This document shows, piece by piece, positions 51,796 through 63,569 of a stretch of DNA of 64,000 nucleotides. Position numbers and translations under genes: made by a program. The stretch spans positions 69,750,001-69,814,000 of the forward strand of contig NC_043006.1 of assembly GCF_006345805.1 (NCBI RefSeq), read 5' to 3'. Within the stretch, counting starts at the first letter, position 1. Each line of letters opens with the position of its first letter. The stretch is from Octopus sinensis (Eukaryota). The notes beneath the pieces were generated by a model. That model was not told where the DNA came from and ran no database searches. It saw only the letters and a program-made list of their open reading frames with translations.

Positions 51796-52333
51796 TTATG
51801 AAAATGCAATGAACTGTGTATGCATGTTTATGTTGTTTGCGTGTACATGTTTATACGAAAATATACTTGCTGTTCATGTATGTATTTTTTATACGTAACT
51901 ATTCTGGCTAGCTTTTCATTACCAAACTGCACCATGCCATTGTCGTTAACTCATTTTCAACTCGCTGGCGAAAATTATTATTTGTCTACCGTATCTGTCA
52001 AAGAAGTTGAATAAATCCTTCTTTCCAATTCGGCAATTCTGTTCTCCTTGCAAACGCTCGTCAGTCTGAAATTGTCCGTTCTGTACTCTGGTATTTACAT
52101 TTCACAGATTATTTTCTTTATGTCGAATTTATAATAAAAAATAATTTATAGTAAAACAATTTAATATTTAACTGAAACCAAAGAATTACTTGATACATTT
52201 TTTTGGATAGAGCATATTTGTTAAACCTTTACAAGAGGGGTGACAGTGGTTTCGAATCTTCGTGCTGCTGGCCCTCACCGTACAGTCCGACGAAGGATAG
52301 CAGGTTCGAAGTAACTGTCATGATGCTTGTTGT

Positions 52334-52369
<36 letters not shown>

Positions 52370-52560
52370 TTTGGTTTTTGTTCAGTTATAATAAAAAACA
52401 ATTTTACACTAATCTGATAGGTTATTGTACACTTTTGTAGAGTACAAATTTATTATTCTTGAACAAGAATATTGTTGAAACTTTGAAGTCACTATCAACA
52501 ACATTCTTTTTACGGAATAACATATATATATATAATATGCATACACACATACATTGCCCA

Positions 52561-52602
<42 letters not shown>

Positions 52603-52659
52603 AATACAAATATACATACGTTACTTTCATACATGCATGCATGCTAGCAGGCAGGCAGA

Positions 52660-53140
52660 TAGATATACAAAAATGGCCCGAGAACCTCTCTGCAAGACAA
52701 TGACGTGGAACTAAAGCAATTTATGCTAATAATGCAAACCATATGCATTAAATTTGTCCCAGAGAAAAAGGCCAACATCGACAAAAATATAATTCCCAGA
52801 GACAGAAAAATTCTGATGCGACAAACAACAAAGACCTCAAAACGTTTAAATGAATAAATCATGCGCAGCTAAATATCTCACTTAACAAAGGATACTGTTA
52901 TAAACGGAGAGTAAAATAATATAATCCCATTAAAAATAGGTCCAGAAAGTAAAAACCAGGACAGTAGAAAGTGCTAAAACGATCCCTAAAATTTTCTATA
53001 TATTTGTAAAAGAATACGCGTCATTGCATAGCAAAATAGGGCTATTGTTCCAAGGAAAGTAGATAACTGACTACAGACGACCCCCCTCCCCGCCAAACAG
53101 GAAACGGAGTTTTGAATAAACAATTCAAAATTTAACCTAC
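52660..53140 (+). mobile_element. CR1-like LINE ORF2 fragment (pre-RT region)
   Basis: ICIKFVPEKK..IIPRDRKILMR, AVESAKTIPKIFY..K..IG, VLNKQFK. Confidence 0.65.
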
Positions 53141-53339
53141 TCCGACGGGACATATACAAATAAACAAATGAGATGTGATTTTCAACACTACTAGTCTGTA
53201 TGAGAGAGTAGCAACTGTCATTTACATCGAAATAAAGGCGAAAGGAAAACATTTGGAAACTTATCAAAAGGTTTTCACATGAAGGAACATATATATATAT
53301 ATATATATATATAGAAACAGGAAAAAATCTGTAAGTATT

Positions 53340-53660
53340 ACATATGATCTATGGTATTACATGGAGCAGAGATGTGGCTGTTGACGAAAACTGACGGACT
53401 AGAAGCTTTTGAAATGTGGATATATACAAGGATGTTAAAAATATCTTGGATAAAATGTAAAACTAATGAAAACGTGCTACAACTAGCAAATGCAATATGT
53501 TCCTTACTTTCAACTACAGTAAAAAGAGGGAAAGAACGGGCATTGGTCACGTAGTTTTATTTGAGTACAAGGTAAACAGTGGCTATTGCGAGATAGAAAG
53601 ATAAATGATAAACGCTCGCGAGGAAGACCCAGAAGGCCCTTGGTTGCTGACATCAAGGAC
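53340..53660 (+). mobile_element. RTE/BovB-like LINE fragment
   Basis: VLHGAEMWLL..LEAFEMWIYTRMLKISW..TNENVL, GHV, KRSRGRPR. Confidence 0.8.
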
Positions 53661-53681
53661 TAAACTATCATATGGTGAATA

Positions 53682-54184
53682 CCGTAAATCCTCGAGTATT
53701 GTCCGCCCTTGAGTATAAAACGCAGGGGATTTTTAGGGAGCTGTACCACTGAAAAACCTAAATTTTGTGTATAATACGCAACCTTTCTCTAACTTGAGTC
53801 AAAGGAGGTCTATATAAACGTCCTTGGTTTGTAAAAATGCATAAGGTAATGTCTTTTATTATTATTGCATATATAACATAATGCAAACGTGTAGCTTTTT
53901 TGTGCATTTTGTTTGCAGAAAATAAAGAAATAATAGTAATAACGTTTAATAAATATTGCTTACTGCAAGTTATGGATGATTCTTTGCTTTCAGGCTTAGC
54001 TTAAGGTATTTTCGCACCCGTCATCACAAAATGCGTCTGAATAAACATTGCCCGACAGCAAATAGAGAGTTGAACATTGCTTAGAAAATAATTTTCATTT
54101 TTAACCTCATGTATAATACGCACTAGGTATTTTGACCTTTAAATTTTGGGGAAAAAAGTGCGCATTATATTCGATGATTTAAGG
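53682..54184. mobile_element. Non-autonomous Tc2/pogo-type DNA transposon
   Basis: TA|CCGTAAATCCTCGAGTAT and ATATTCGATGATTTAAGG|TA termini; subterminal TATAATACGCA repeats. Confidence 0.75.
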
Positions 54185-54349
54185 TATGTAAGAATGGCAC
54201 AGAAATGACCCGAATGAAGCCCCTCGATATTCAATCTCCCTGCTGAGAGCAGGTGACACTGAATAATGAAGATGATTATGACAACGATGATGAAAGGAAG
54301 ACAATGCAACAATAGTCCTAAATAAATGTACCTAAACTTAGCCAAAGGC

Positions 54350-55250
54350 TATGATTGGTTTCCGACAATTTTCTTGAAAACATACAAAATGTCTCAAGCA
54401 GAACCACTTCAGATATTTTACAAAACGTTTCTCAAAAATTTAAAAGAAGGCATACCTTTTATAGACATGAGAAAAAGTCGAGCAGGTGCTAAAATTTACA
54501 AGTCTCTCTTTCACTCGCTGGCGTCATTTATCAAAAAAGTCGTGATATGAATTGTCAGATGGAAATTAATTTCTGAAACTCACCATGGTTTCTGACTGTC
54601 TGGCTAGAAAAATCTTCATATGGAACTACGGCTTGATAACGAATTTCCCTTCCGTTCAAATGTTGATGTAATATATCTCAGCTTTGCGACATGCTTCCAT
54701 AAATTTAAACGTGGAATTAAATTTTCAAATTACAAGTTATCTATATAGCGGGAAACAAGTTATGTAGTTGTGTGGTTTTAAAACAACAAAATTCAAAATA
54801 CTGCAGCTAATGGGACTTTCTCAAAAAATACACTGATTCTGTGTGGAATATTTTGGGAAACACTTTTGGAGGAATTACACTTCGTAGCTACTGTCTAAAA
54901 AATATCAGTTACACGAAGAGCAAATTTCACGATCGATACCTGATAATGTCCATGACAAGCAAGAAGCTCAGTGAGGTCAAATACTTTCAGAAACATCTCA
55001 ATATGATATATATAAGTGGACTGCAAGATAAAGCACCATGCAATTTAATAATGACAATTTCAAGCACTTTGCTGTCAAATCTCAAATACATTGCAAGCTG
55101 GATGCACAGGTCTGGAAAAGATAACTAATAGCACGTGACTTGGGTAAAAAAACGTGTAAAGATGGAGGAATAGATTCTAAGATCCATTAGATTGATAGAA
55201 TAAGAAACCGTGTTGAAATTGTAGGGGGTCAGTTACTCGTAGCTGTCTAG
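54350..55250 (+). mobile_element. Highly degenerate CR1-like reverse transcriptase region
   Basis: NVDVIYLSFATCFHK (cf. VDVIYLDFAKAFDK), HHGF; many frameshifts. Confidence 0.5.
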
Positions 55251-55429
55251 AATATTGTTTCTGTTTATGGTCGAGACATAGCTGCCGAATACAGAGCTGG
55301 CTGGTCTTGTACCACCTCCATTAAGAAGCTCTCGGCCTATTCAGTATTTCTTTTCCCCGTCATCTTTATTGAAGTCTATCCCTTGGAATTTGTACTAACT
55401 ACTACACCAAGTTCTTCTCCCGTTGAACA

Positions 55430-55700
55430 TTTGTTGTTGTTTGTTCCTTCTCGAGCCACGCCTGGCTCATAGGGCCGGTTTCCTTGGCGTATAGGTTCCC
55501 CACCTGGACGGGACGCCGGTCCGTCGCAGGTGAGCTGCAAGATGTAGGAGGAAAGAGTGAGAGAAAGTTGTGGCGAAAGAGTCAGCAGAAGTTCGAAAAA
55601 TACCTTAGGAATGAGAACCCAGGTTCGAAATTTTCCCAAGACACCTGATGAAGGCTGGAGGGTATATCAGCTGCCAAATAATGTAAATAATGTAAATATT
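55430..55700. mobile_element. Composite: family C tail (-) plus repeat with half of a hammerhead motif (+)
   Basis: RC tail CCTGCGACGGACCGGCGTCCCGTCCAGG; ACAC-CTGATGA-A-GGCTG-GAGGGTATAT-CAGC at 55641-55671, GAAAC half absent. Confidence 0.6.
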
Positions 55701-55807
55701 GCTAAAGTAATGTTACAAAAGCATTTAAGTAAAAAATAACCGATACATTAAACACAATAATCTCTATATCCATAATATAGTATCTTAAGATTACTATTAC
55801 CGTCATA

Positions 55808-56546
55808 CATATATTAGAGGGAAAAGGACAGCAAAGACTAAGGTAGGACGAGAATCTCAAGTCACTTGGATTATTTAATTAGTGTAAGGTAAATTTGAAG
55901 TAGTTAATTATTGGATATCTTACAGCTGTTTCTGGGATATCCCAAGTGATATGTTAGCATCTCCATACACTGAATATTCCGTCATCAGAGACGAGGTAAG
56001 TATATATGAAAGTTCTACACAGGGAATTCACAGCTTATAATGAATAAAATAGTAGAAAGAATAAAGAGCAAAATAGTAGATAGAAGAATACAGAGAGGAA
56101 AATAAAGTTCACAGCTCATCTTTTTCCAGAGCGTATGGAGGTTGGTCCTTACTTCCGTGAAGGTATAGGTCTTTAACTATAATCCCAGGTTAATCCTAAG
56201 ATTATGCTTAAAGACCTATACCTTCACGGAAGGATAAACCTCCATACCCTCTGGAAAAATATGAGCTGCAAACTTTATTCTCCTCCCTGTATTCTTCTGC
56301 ATACTGTTTTGCTCTTTATAAGCTGTGAATTCCTTGTCTAGAACTTTCATACGTATATACCTTATCTCTGGTGACAATACCGAGTGTATGGAGATGCTAA
56401 CCTATCACTTGAGATATCCCACAAACAGCTGTAAGACATCCAATAATTAATTACTTCAAATTAATCTTACTCTAATTAAATATTCGGAATGTCTTGAGAT
56501 ACTCACCCTGCCTTGGTCTTTGTGGTCCTTTTTCTTCTAATATATG
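55808..56546. mobile_element. 739-bp foldback of Penelope-like terminal repeat, arms ~350-375 bp, 15-nt loop
   Basis: CATATATTAGAG..TATAATC [CCAGGTTAATCCTAA] GATTATG..CTAATATATG; arms collinear throughout with scattered mismatches. Confidence 0.9.
55913..55993 (-). ncRNA. Putative minimal type I hammerhead ribozyme
   Basis: Minus strand: CGTCT-CTGATGA-[long stem II hairpin]-GAAAC-AGCT-GTA-AGAT; all core nucleotides present; palindromic stem III ACAGCTGT; stem I only 3-4 bp; activity untested. Confidence 0.6.
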
Positions 56547-57362
56547 CCTGCTAGCTCAGAAGCCTACTACGGATCCCTAGCTCCAGTTTCAGCTGTGAAC
56601 TCGGAACCTAACGGATGACCATTTATAGCACTTACACATCGTACGTATTTGTTTAGATCCCCAGTGAACCAAATCCTCTTTCTCTCTCCCCTTCTCTCTC
56701 ACACACACACACGCACACGATGTATTAAGAACACGGAAACCCTGAGAACGTGAAATAATTTGGAACGATGGATCCTGAAGGAGATAAAACTACCAATAAT
56801 ATCATGCACATATTGGGTTAAGAAACCCTAGACAATATCGAAGGCTGCCCATGGGACCAAAAGCTACGTCTCCTGTAAAGATTAAAAGCATTCTACTATT
56901 TCAGGTTGATTTGAAAGTTCTGCCCGATTATGAGTATTGAACCTGTTGAATCCTGTTTATTGTAAAAACTAATAATAATAAGAAAGACTTCATTAGTTAA
57001 TGCCTAATCACAACGTGAGGAGATCTCGAAGGGCAACAACTATATCTTAGTATATTACGCATAAAGCGCGTCGGGCCACGATCGTGACAGATGTGTTTAA
57101 TTTATGAGGGGTTGTTGTTGGGGTCTCATGTCATTCAAACGCTCCGATGCCCGCCAGAATACAAGAGGACTAATAGTTCAACTAATGACTTTTCAGATAA
57201 TGTAAAACTCGCCACCATTATATACTAAGAAGATATCTTAACTATTTTTTTTTGTTTTTTATGCGTGCATAGTAGTCTCATTTGCGTAAAATGTGCTCAG
57301 CTGTCCATGCTATGTAAATGTAAATCGTAGCGCCTTATGGGTTAATGTTTATACATACTGGT

Positions 57363-57675
57363 ACTTCATTGGGTTCGACGACGACTGTTCCCGATGATCT
57401 GATAACGGAGCAGTTTGATCGTGAAATTAATGTGCAAGTGGCTGAGCACTCCACAGATATGCAAACCCTTAATCTCGGGGAGATTCAGCGTAACACAGAA
57501 TGTGACAAGGCTGGCCCTTTGAAATCGGTGGTACCAGTCATTTTTGCCAGCTGAGTGGACTGGAGTAAGGTAAAATAAAATGTCTTGCTCAAGGATACAA
57601 CGCTCCACCGGGAATCGAACTCACAACCTAACGATTGTGAACCGTATACCCTAACTGCTAAGCCACATGCCTTCA
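57363..57675 (-). mobile_element. SINE family C with RTE-type tail
   Basis: Head GAAGGCATGTGGCTTAGCAGTTAGG..GAGTTCGATTCCC; tail matches 29211-29390. Confidence 0.85.
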
Positions 57676-57739
57676 CTAATGCTTCTATATAAGGAACCCA
57701 GCATGAAGCCAAGCAAAGAGCTCAAAGTCTAACTCAGAT

Positions 57740-58721
57740 GAGGCTACCAAAAATGTTTAAAAGGCTTCTGGTGAAGGTGTAGTGAATGAAAGAGCCTACA
57801 TAATGTGATCTGGAAATTTCAGACGTGGCAATTTCTATTTACTTGGTGAGTCTAGATCAGGATATCCTTCTGAATTATGTAAGAAAATGCTAGCGGCAAC
57901 ACTTACATTGAATGATTGTAATAATGAGAAAGCTTTCCACAGAATTTAGGCTTTGTATTATAACTATTCATAATCATTTAAAGAAAGTAGAGAAGGTTCT
58001 AGCTTTGGGAAACTTTGTTCCTCATGCTCCTTTAGCAGAAAGCTTGAGTGCTATGAATAGGTTCATAGACATACAACCTCCAAGAAGTCTTCACAGTAAT
58101 GTTAGGCGCCACAAACAATGACTAACTCAGATCAAAATCCTGTACCATATTCACGTAGGGCGGGATACTTAATCCAAAGAAACTTTCATTGCGTGTTTTA
58201 TGGGATATGGAAGGAATTATTGAGCGTTTAGAGCCGAATCAAACAATCACTTCTCAAGTCTACTGCCAGCAGCTTCACCGTTTGAAGAATGATTTGGAAG
58301 GCAACGCCCTGCCCTAATAAACTCTAGGTGGGGTTGTCATGCACCAAGATAATGTCCGCCTTCACACAGCACAAATCACTAAAAATACTCTGGAATCATT
58401 CGAAAGATAAAACTGTTTTTACACTTTATATTAACCAAAACTTAGTTCCATTAGATTTCTACTTATCTAAAGATCGTTGGAAAACCATTTAGGCAAGCAA
58501 AACGTGGCCAACGGGGAAGCTATAGAAAAGGAATTGGATGATATGTATTTTATTTCAAAACCCAACGAAATTTTCAAATCAGGCATTCAAAACTCACAAA
58601 GAGAGAGAAGTGATAGAAAATGAAGGAAATTACACAGCTGATTCAATTTGCTATATTAAATATCGTGTTTGAACTTTTAAATAAATTCTAAAAATTGGGC
58701 TAAACTTTCTATGCAGCCTGA
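57740..58721 (+). mobile_element. Mariner-like transposon, highly degenerate
   Basis: CVLWDMEGII..LEPNQTITSQVYCQQLHRLK, VMHQDNVRLHTA, DFYL, VIENEGNY; 3' end AACTTTCTATGCAGCCTGA|TA. Confidence 0.8.
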
Positions 58722-58796
58722 TATTATAATATAGCTAAAGGTGACTTCTATAGTTTGCTCCTCTTGAACAAATACAATACACACACACACTAGTAT

Positions 58797-58859
<63 letters not shown>

Positions 58860-58954
58860 CATAAGGATTGAAAATGCAGTAAATTTTATACATATAAATA
58901 TTTGCATAAAACTAGCTTTATTTTTTAACGTTGTACGTAAATATCGGTTTGAAT

Positions 58955-59569
58955 GTTTTGGCGATTTGGTGGGATAAGTAACATGATTACACCGACCTTG
59001 GTACACAACTGGTACTTATTTCATCGACCCCGAAATGATGAAAGGCTATGTCGACCTCGATTGAATTTAAGCTCAGAACGTAAAGATGGACGAAATGCCG
59101 TTAAGCAATTTTTGCCTGGCAAGCTAAGGATACTGCCAGCTTGCCGCCTTACATAGGACGTAAATATTACTGTTATATATTTCGAAATAGGGGGGAAAAA
59201 ATAATTACAGAAATGTTTTCACATAAATATTTTACAGTTTTATTAAAAAAGATATTAGTGTATATTTTCCACACAACACGCATACAAAAACAAAAAGATG
59301 ACAAAAAGAAAACTGAATAATATTCGTAAAAAGAAAAAGTTTCAAGGAATAAATATTGTTTTCTACTCTAAGCACAAGGCCTGAAATTTTGGGGAGGGAG
59401 CCAGTCGATTAGATCGACCCCAGCATGCAACTAGTACTTAATTTATCGACCCCGGAAAGGATAAAAGGCAAAGTCGACCTCGGCGGAATTTGAACTCAGA
59501 ACATAAAGACAGACGAAATACCGCTATGCATTTCGCCCGGCGTGCTAACGTTTCTGCCAGCTCGCTGCC
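58955..59569 (-). mobile_element. Two SINE family B copies (58955-59150, 59361-59569)
   Basis: Reverse-complement consensus blocks with heads at the right ends. Confidence 0.85.
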
Positions 59570-61405
59570 ATTACGGAAAAACTATTAGTGCATGATGTGG
59601 TGGACTTAAGGAATAGCTTTCCAACAGAAATTTTTCCAAATTTTTTCGTATCACGTTTCAAAACAATTGTGAGATGAAGCCTTTATAAAAAAAAAATTAA
59701 AACATCCACCCCTCTCCATCATTCTTCGGAACAATCCCTACCACTAAAATATTTGTTTTTCATTGTTTTTTTTTTTTTCTCTTTTTGTTGTATTCCATAT
59801 TCAGAAACACTTCTTTGCTCTTATATCAAACTGTCGTGTGTCCAAATTTGGCCAAATGCGTTTTTTTCTTTTCAATATTTTTGCTTACACTAGCCAGTTC
59901 CTTGGGTCAAACTATTGTATCTCCAACTGATTCAGATGCCATGATATGAAAATTGCCAAAATGTAGTACAACGATTTTGCTAGGGAATGGTGAAATTATT
60001 TTTTCGTTTTCTGAAAAAACGTTTTGGAACTACGACACTTGTGAAATAGCATCGATTTGTAATTCGCATTAAAAAATTCTTAAGCCCTCCTCATCCATCG
60101 TACTCTCGACGGTTAAAATGATTTTTTTCGCTTATGCTTTTACGTTTCGTCATTTTTCAACTTTTTTAATAATCTTTTTACTATTCCGTAAAACTTTTTC
60201 TATACATCATAAAAATTAAATTAAGAGAAATGCAAAATAATATTAACACTGACCTTATTTACGTTGACGTAATTTGTAAATTTAACTTAGGTACCATTTT
60301 TCACCCTCTATCTCATAAGACAAAAACAAAAATATACTGTTTACATACAACGAAGAGGTTGCAACAAACTGTTACTATGATAAAAGAAGGAATACAAGAG
60401 ATAATTTTGGTCCCATTATAGGTTTCTCCAATTAAAAATATTCTTTTCTACATTTTAAAAGAATGAAATTATGTTACAGATGCCTTTTTCAAAATTCTAA
60501 TCGGAAATCTTAGGAATTTATATTATATATATATATGTGTGTGTGTGTGTGTGAATTACAAGTGGTTCAAAATGTGAAATACGATAAAATGAAAAATATC
60601 TAAAAACAAAAAGTAACATTTTAGTGGTAGTTGCTGTTCCAAAGCAAAGATGAAGCTGCGAGCAGACGTTTTAAAAACACGGATTTAATGTGTTATACGA
60701 AAAAAACCAAGTAAACAAATAAATAAAAGATGGAAACATCTCGACCAAAATCGAGGAATTCCAATTTATATGGGACAACCATTCAAAAAGTCCGTCCGTG
60801 GTGCATATTGTCTTGAAAAGATTCTGCAGTAAACGAAAACCATATTTTACTTGGCGGGACCGGTTTTCGTAAACGTTTAGCTTATCGAAATTTAAAGTGG
60901 GTTTTGTTTTCAATGCACATTCAGACCCTGTGTGATAGATCCAGGTGGGATTAATTTTACATAGTCCTGTTACTTATGACATTTCCAAGACAATGGACGC
61001 AACTTACAGTTTCCTCGTCTTATGTCGCTTATGTTCGTTTAATAAGGGTCTATGTTGATTAATATTTTCACAAATTAGTATTTCTACTTTAAGAAAGAGA
61101 CGGAAGACTGTTCAATTAGTGGAGTTGTTTCCAAGACTGTTCAAAAAGTGGAGTTGTTTCCAAGAAAGTATCTACTCAAATGAGAAACTTTTAGAGAACG
61201 TGAAATAATTTCTTTACAGTGGTTGAACTCGAAGATGCAGTTATAAATGGTAGTGTTTAAATACTGGGTCAAAACCCCATTTCGGATACAAAAAGGTCGG
61301 AGACTGCCCGTGGGACTTGAGCTCACGTCTTTTGTAGTCATGACAGACGATCTACCACAGGCAACCATCGACATTTTCTCTCCATAAGGGCTTTTAATCC
61401 AATAA

Positions 61406-61505
61406 NNNNNNNNNNNNNNNNNNNNNNNNNNNNNNNNNNNNNNNNNNNNNNNNNNNNNNNNNNNNNNNNNNNNNNNNNNNNNNNNNNNNNNNNNNNNNNN
61501 NNNNN
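61406..61505. other. Assembly gap (100 N)
   Basis: Run of N. Confidence 1.
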
Positions 61506-61559
61506 AAGTGGATTGGTAGATGGAAACTGAAAGATGCCTGTCGTGTGTATGTATGTATG

Positions 61560-61615
<56 letters not shown>

Positions 61616-61810
61616 GTCATCGCTTGACAACCGATACTAGTGTGTTTACGTTCCCATAACCTAGCGGTTCGGCAAAAGAAACCGATAGAATAAGTACTAG
61701 GCTTACAAAGAATAAGTCCCGGGGTCGATTTGCTCGACTAAACGTGGTGCTCCAGCATGGCCGCAGTCAAATGACTGAAACAAGTAAAAGAATAAAAGAA
61801 AAAGAAAAGA
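61506..61810 (+). mobile_element. SINE family A, head lost in the gap
   Basis: Central and tail blocks near consensus. Confidence 0.9.
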
Positions 61811-61925
61811 AAGAATATCAAGTATTCTAGAAGATTCGGGAAGTTTTGTTGTGAGCGTTTATAGCTATTGCGTCAGTTCTGACAAATATCACCATAGAGT
61901 AACTATCATCATCATCATCATCATC

Positions 61926-63299
61926 ATGGATAAAAATAAACAAATTAGTCAAGATCTCTGTGACCTTCATAAGGATAGCAATTGGTACAAAAATATCTCT
62001 GAACAGCTTAATGTACCACTGAATTCAGTCAGTACAATAATAGGTAACTGGAAATCTCACAATTCCATTTTCCCTCTAGTCTGCTCCGGTAGCCCGCCTG
62101 AGTTAGCAAAGCGTACAGCAAGAAAACTTGCAAGAACAGCTAGTAATAGACCACAACCTACACTCAAGTAGCTGCAGGAAGATCTGGAAGTATGTGAAGT
62201 ACATATGAGCAAGGATCAGTTAGCAGATCACTTCGTCGTTCTGATCTCTTTTCTCGTTTTCCAGAAAGACCTCATTGATTAAGAAACGTCACGTTAAAGA
62301 TCGTTTGGCCTTTGCAAAATTTTATCTAAATGAACCGGAAACATATTGGGAAAACGTGGAGGAAAAAGGTGGAGAGCTGGCAGAAATGTTAGCGCGTCGG
62401 GCAAAATGCTTAGCGGTATTTCGTCTGTCGTTACGTTCTGAGTTCAAATTCTGCCGAGGTCGACTTTGCCTTTCATCCTTTCGGGGTCGATTAAATAAGT
62501 ACCAGTTATGCACTGGGGTCAATGTAATCGACTTAATCCCTTTGTCTGTCTTTGTTTGTCCCCTCTATGTTTAGCCCCTTGTGGGTAGTAAAGAAATATA
62601 TTGGGAAAACGTAGTTTGGTCTGCTGAAACTAAGATTGTGCTTTTTGGCAGAAATTCGATCAGCAAGGTTTGGAGAGAGAACGGCATGAAATATTCGGAG
62701 GTGAGTCAGTAATGGTATGGGCTTGTTTTTGCTCATCGGGATTTGGAAGAATGGAAGTAATCGAAGGAACAATAGATGGCGAAAAATATAGGGGTATTTT
62801 AGAGAGATGTTTAATACACAGCACTTTCTCCCTAAACAAGAGGATAACTATACAAAGTATACAGCAAAGCTGACCAAGAATTGGTTGAAATCAAATGGAA
62901 TTAATGATCTGGAATGGCCAAGTCAATCTTCAAACCTTAATCGAAAATTTGTGGAAATAATTGAAACTCAGAATTGAAAAAAGAAACCCGCGTTACTTAC
63001 ACGAATTGAAAAGAATTTGTGTAGAAGAATGTGGGAAATAAGCCCCACTACATGTAAAAACTATTTAGGAGGCTATTCAAAGCGCCTCTCAAGGGTTTGA
63101 TTGTGTTTTAAACTTTGCGTTTTGAAGTTCAACTTTGTTCCATATAAAATTGTTTCTGTTCATTATGTAATTCTGATCGTTGCATAAAATTTATTCCAAA
63201 AAATTTTCATAAATGATGGAAATTTCATTAAGCTGCGTTAATTCTATGTATGTAAACTTGGATTTTTGATTGTGTGTTGTCAACTTTTGTGGGCCACTG
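61926..63299 (+). mobile_element. Tc1 (DD34E, Sleeping-Beauty-like) transposon remnant interrupted by a SINE
   Basis: MDKNKQISQDL..LNVPLNSVSTII, YWENV|[34 protein letters not shown]; 3' TIR ..AACTTTTGTGGGCCACTG. Confidence 0.9.
62358..62597 (+). mobile_element. SINE family B with 15-bp TSD
   Basis: ATATTGGGAAAACGT at 62343-62357 and 62598-62612. Confidence 0.95.
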
Positions 63300-63310
63300 A
63301 ATACATTATA

Positions 63311-63494
63311 CAAGGGGTGCTGAAAAGTTCCTGGTATCGCGAAAGGCCTGGTTGGTGGAAAAATATTCAGCGTTCTTTTATAGGGCTTAGAAAAACTGAA
63401 GGACCGCTGCGATAAGTGAGTCTGAGAGGGGAATATGTTAAACAGAATAACTAACCGATCCTCCTGTAACCAGGAACTTTTCAGCCCCCCCTTG
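63311..63494. mobile_element. Mariner-type MITE (same family as 31471-31674, opposite orientation)
   Basis: TA|CAAGGGGTGCTGAAAAGTTCCTGG ... CCAGGAACTTTTCAGCCCCCCCTTG. Confidence 0.85.
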
Positions 63495-63495
63495 A

Positions 63496-63531
<36 letters not shown>

Positions 63532-63569
63532 GTGTGTATGCATATATATTAATAGCTATCGCCAAGCTA

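Noticed and set aside
61285-61370. tRNA-like sequence on the minus strand, and the tRNA-like heads of SINEs
   Set aside because: A/B-box remnants without a complete cloverleaf or acceptor stem; best explained as SINE heads.
60650-61400. Possible decayed transposase and the 159-aa ORF 61141-61620
   Set aside because: No diagnostic motif; the ORF spans the N gap and a microsatellite.
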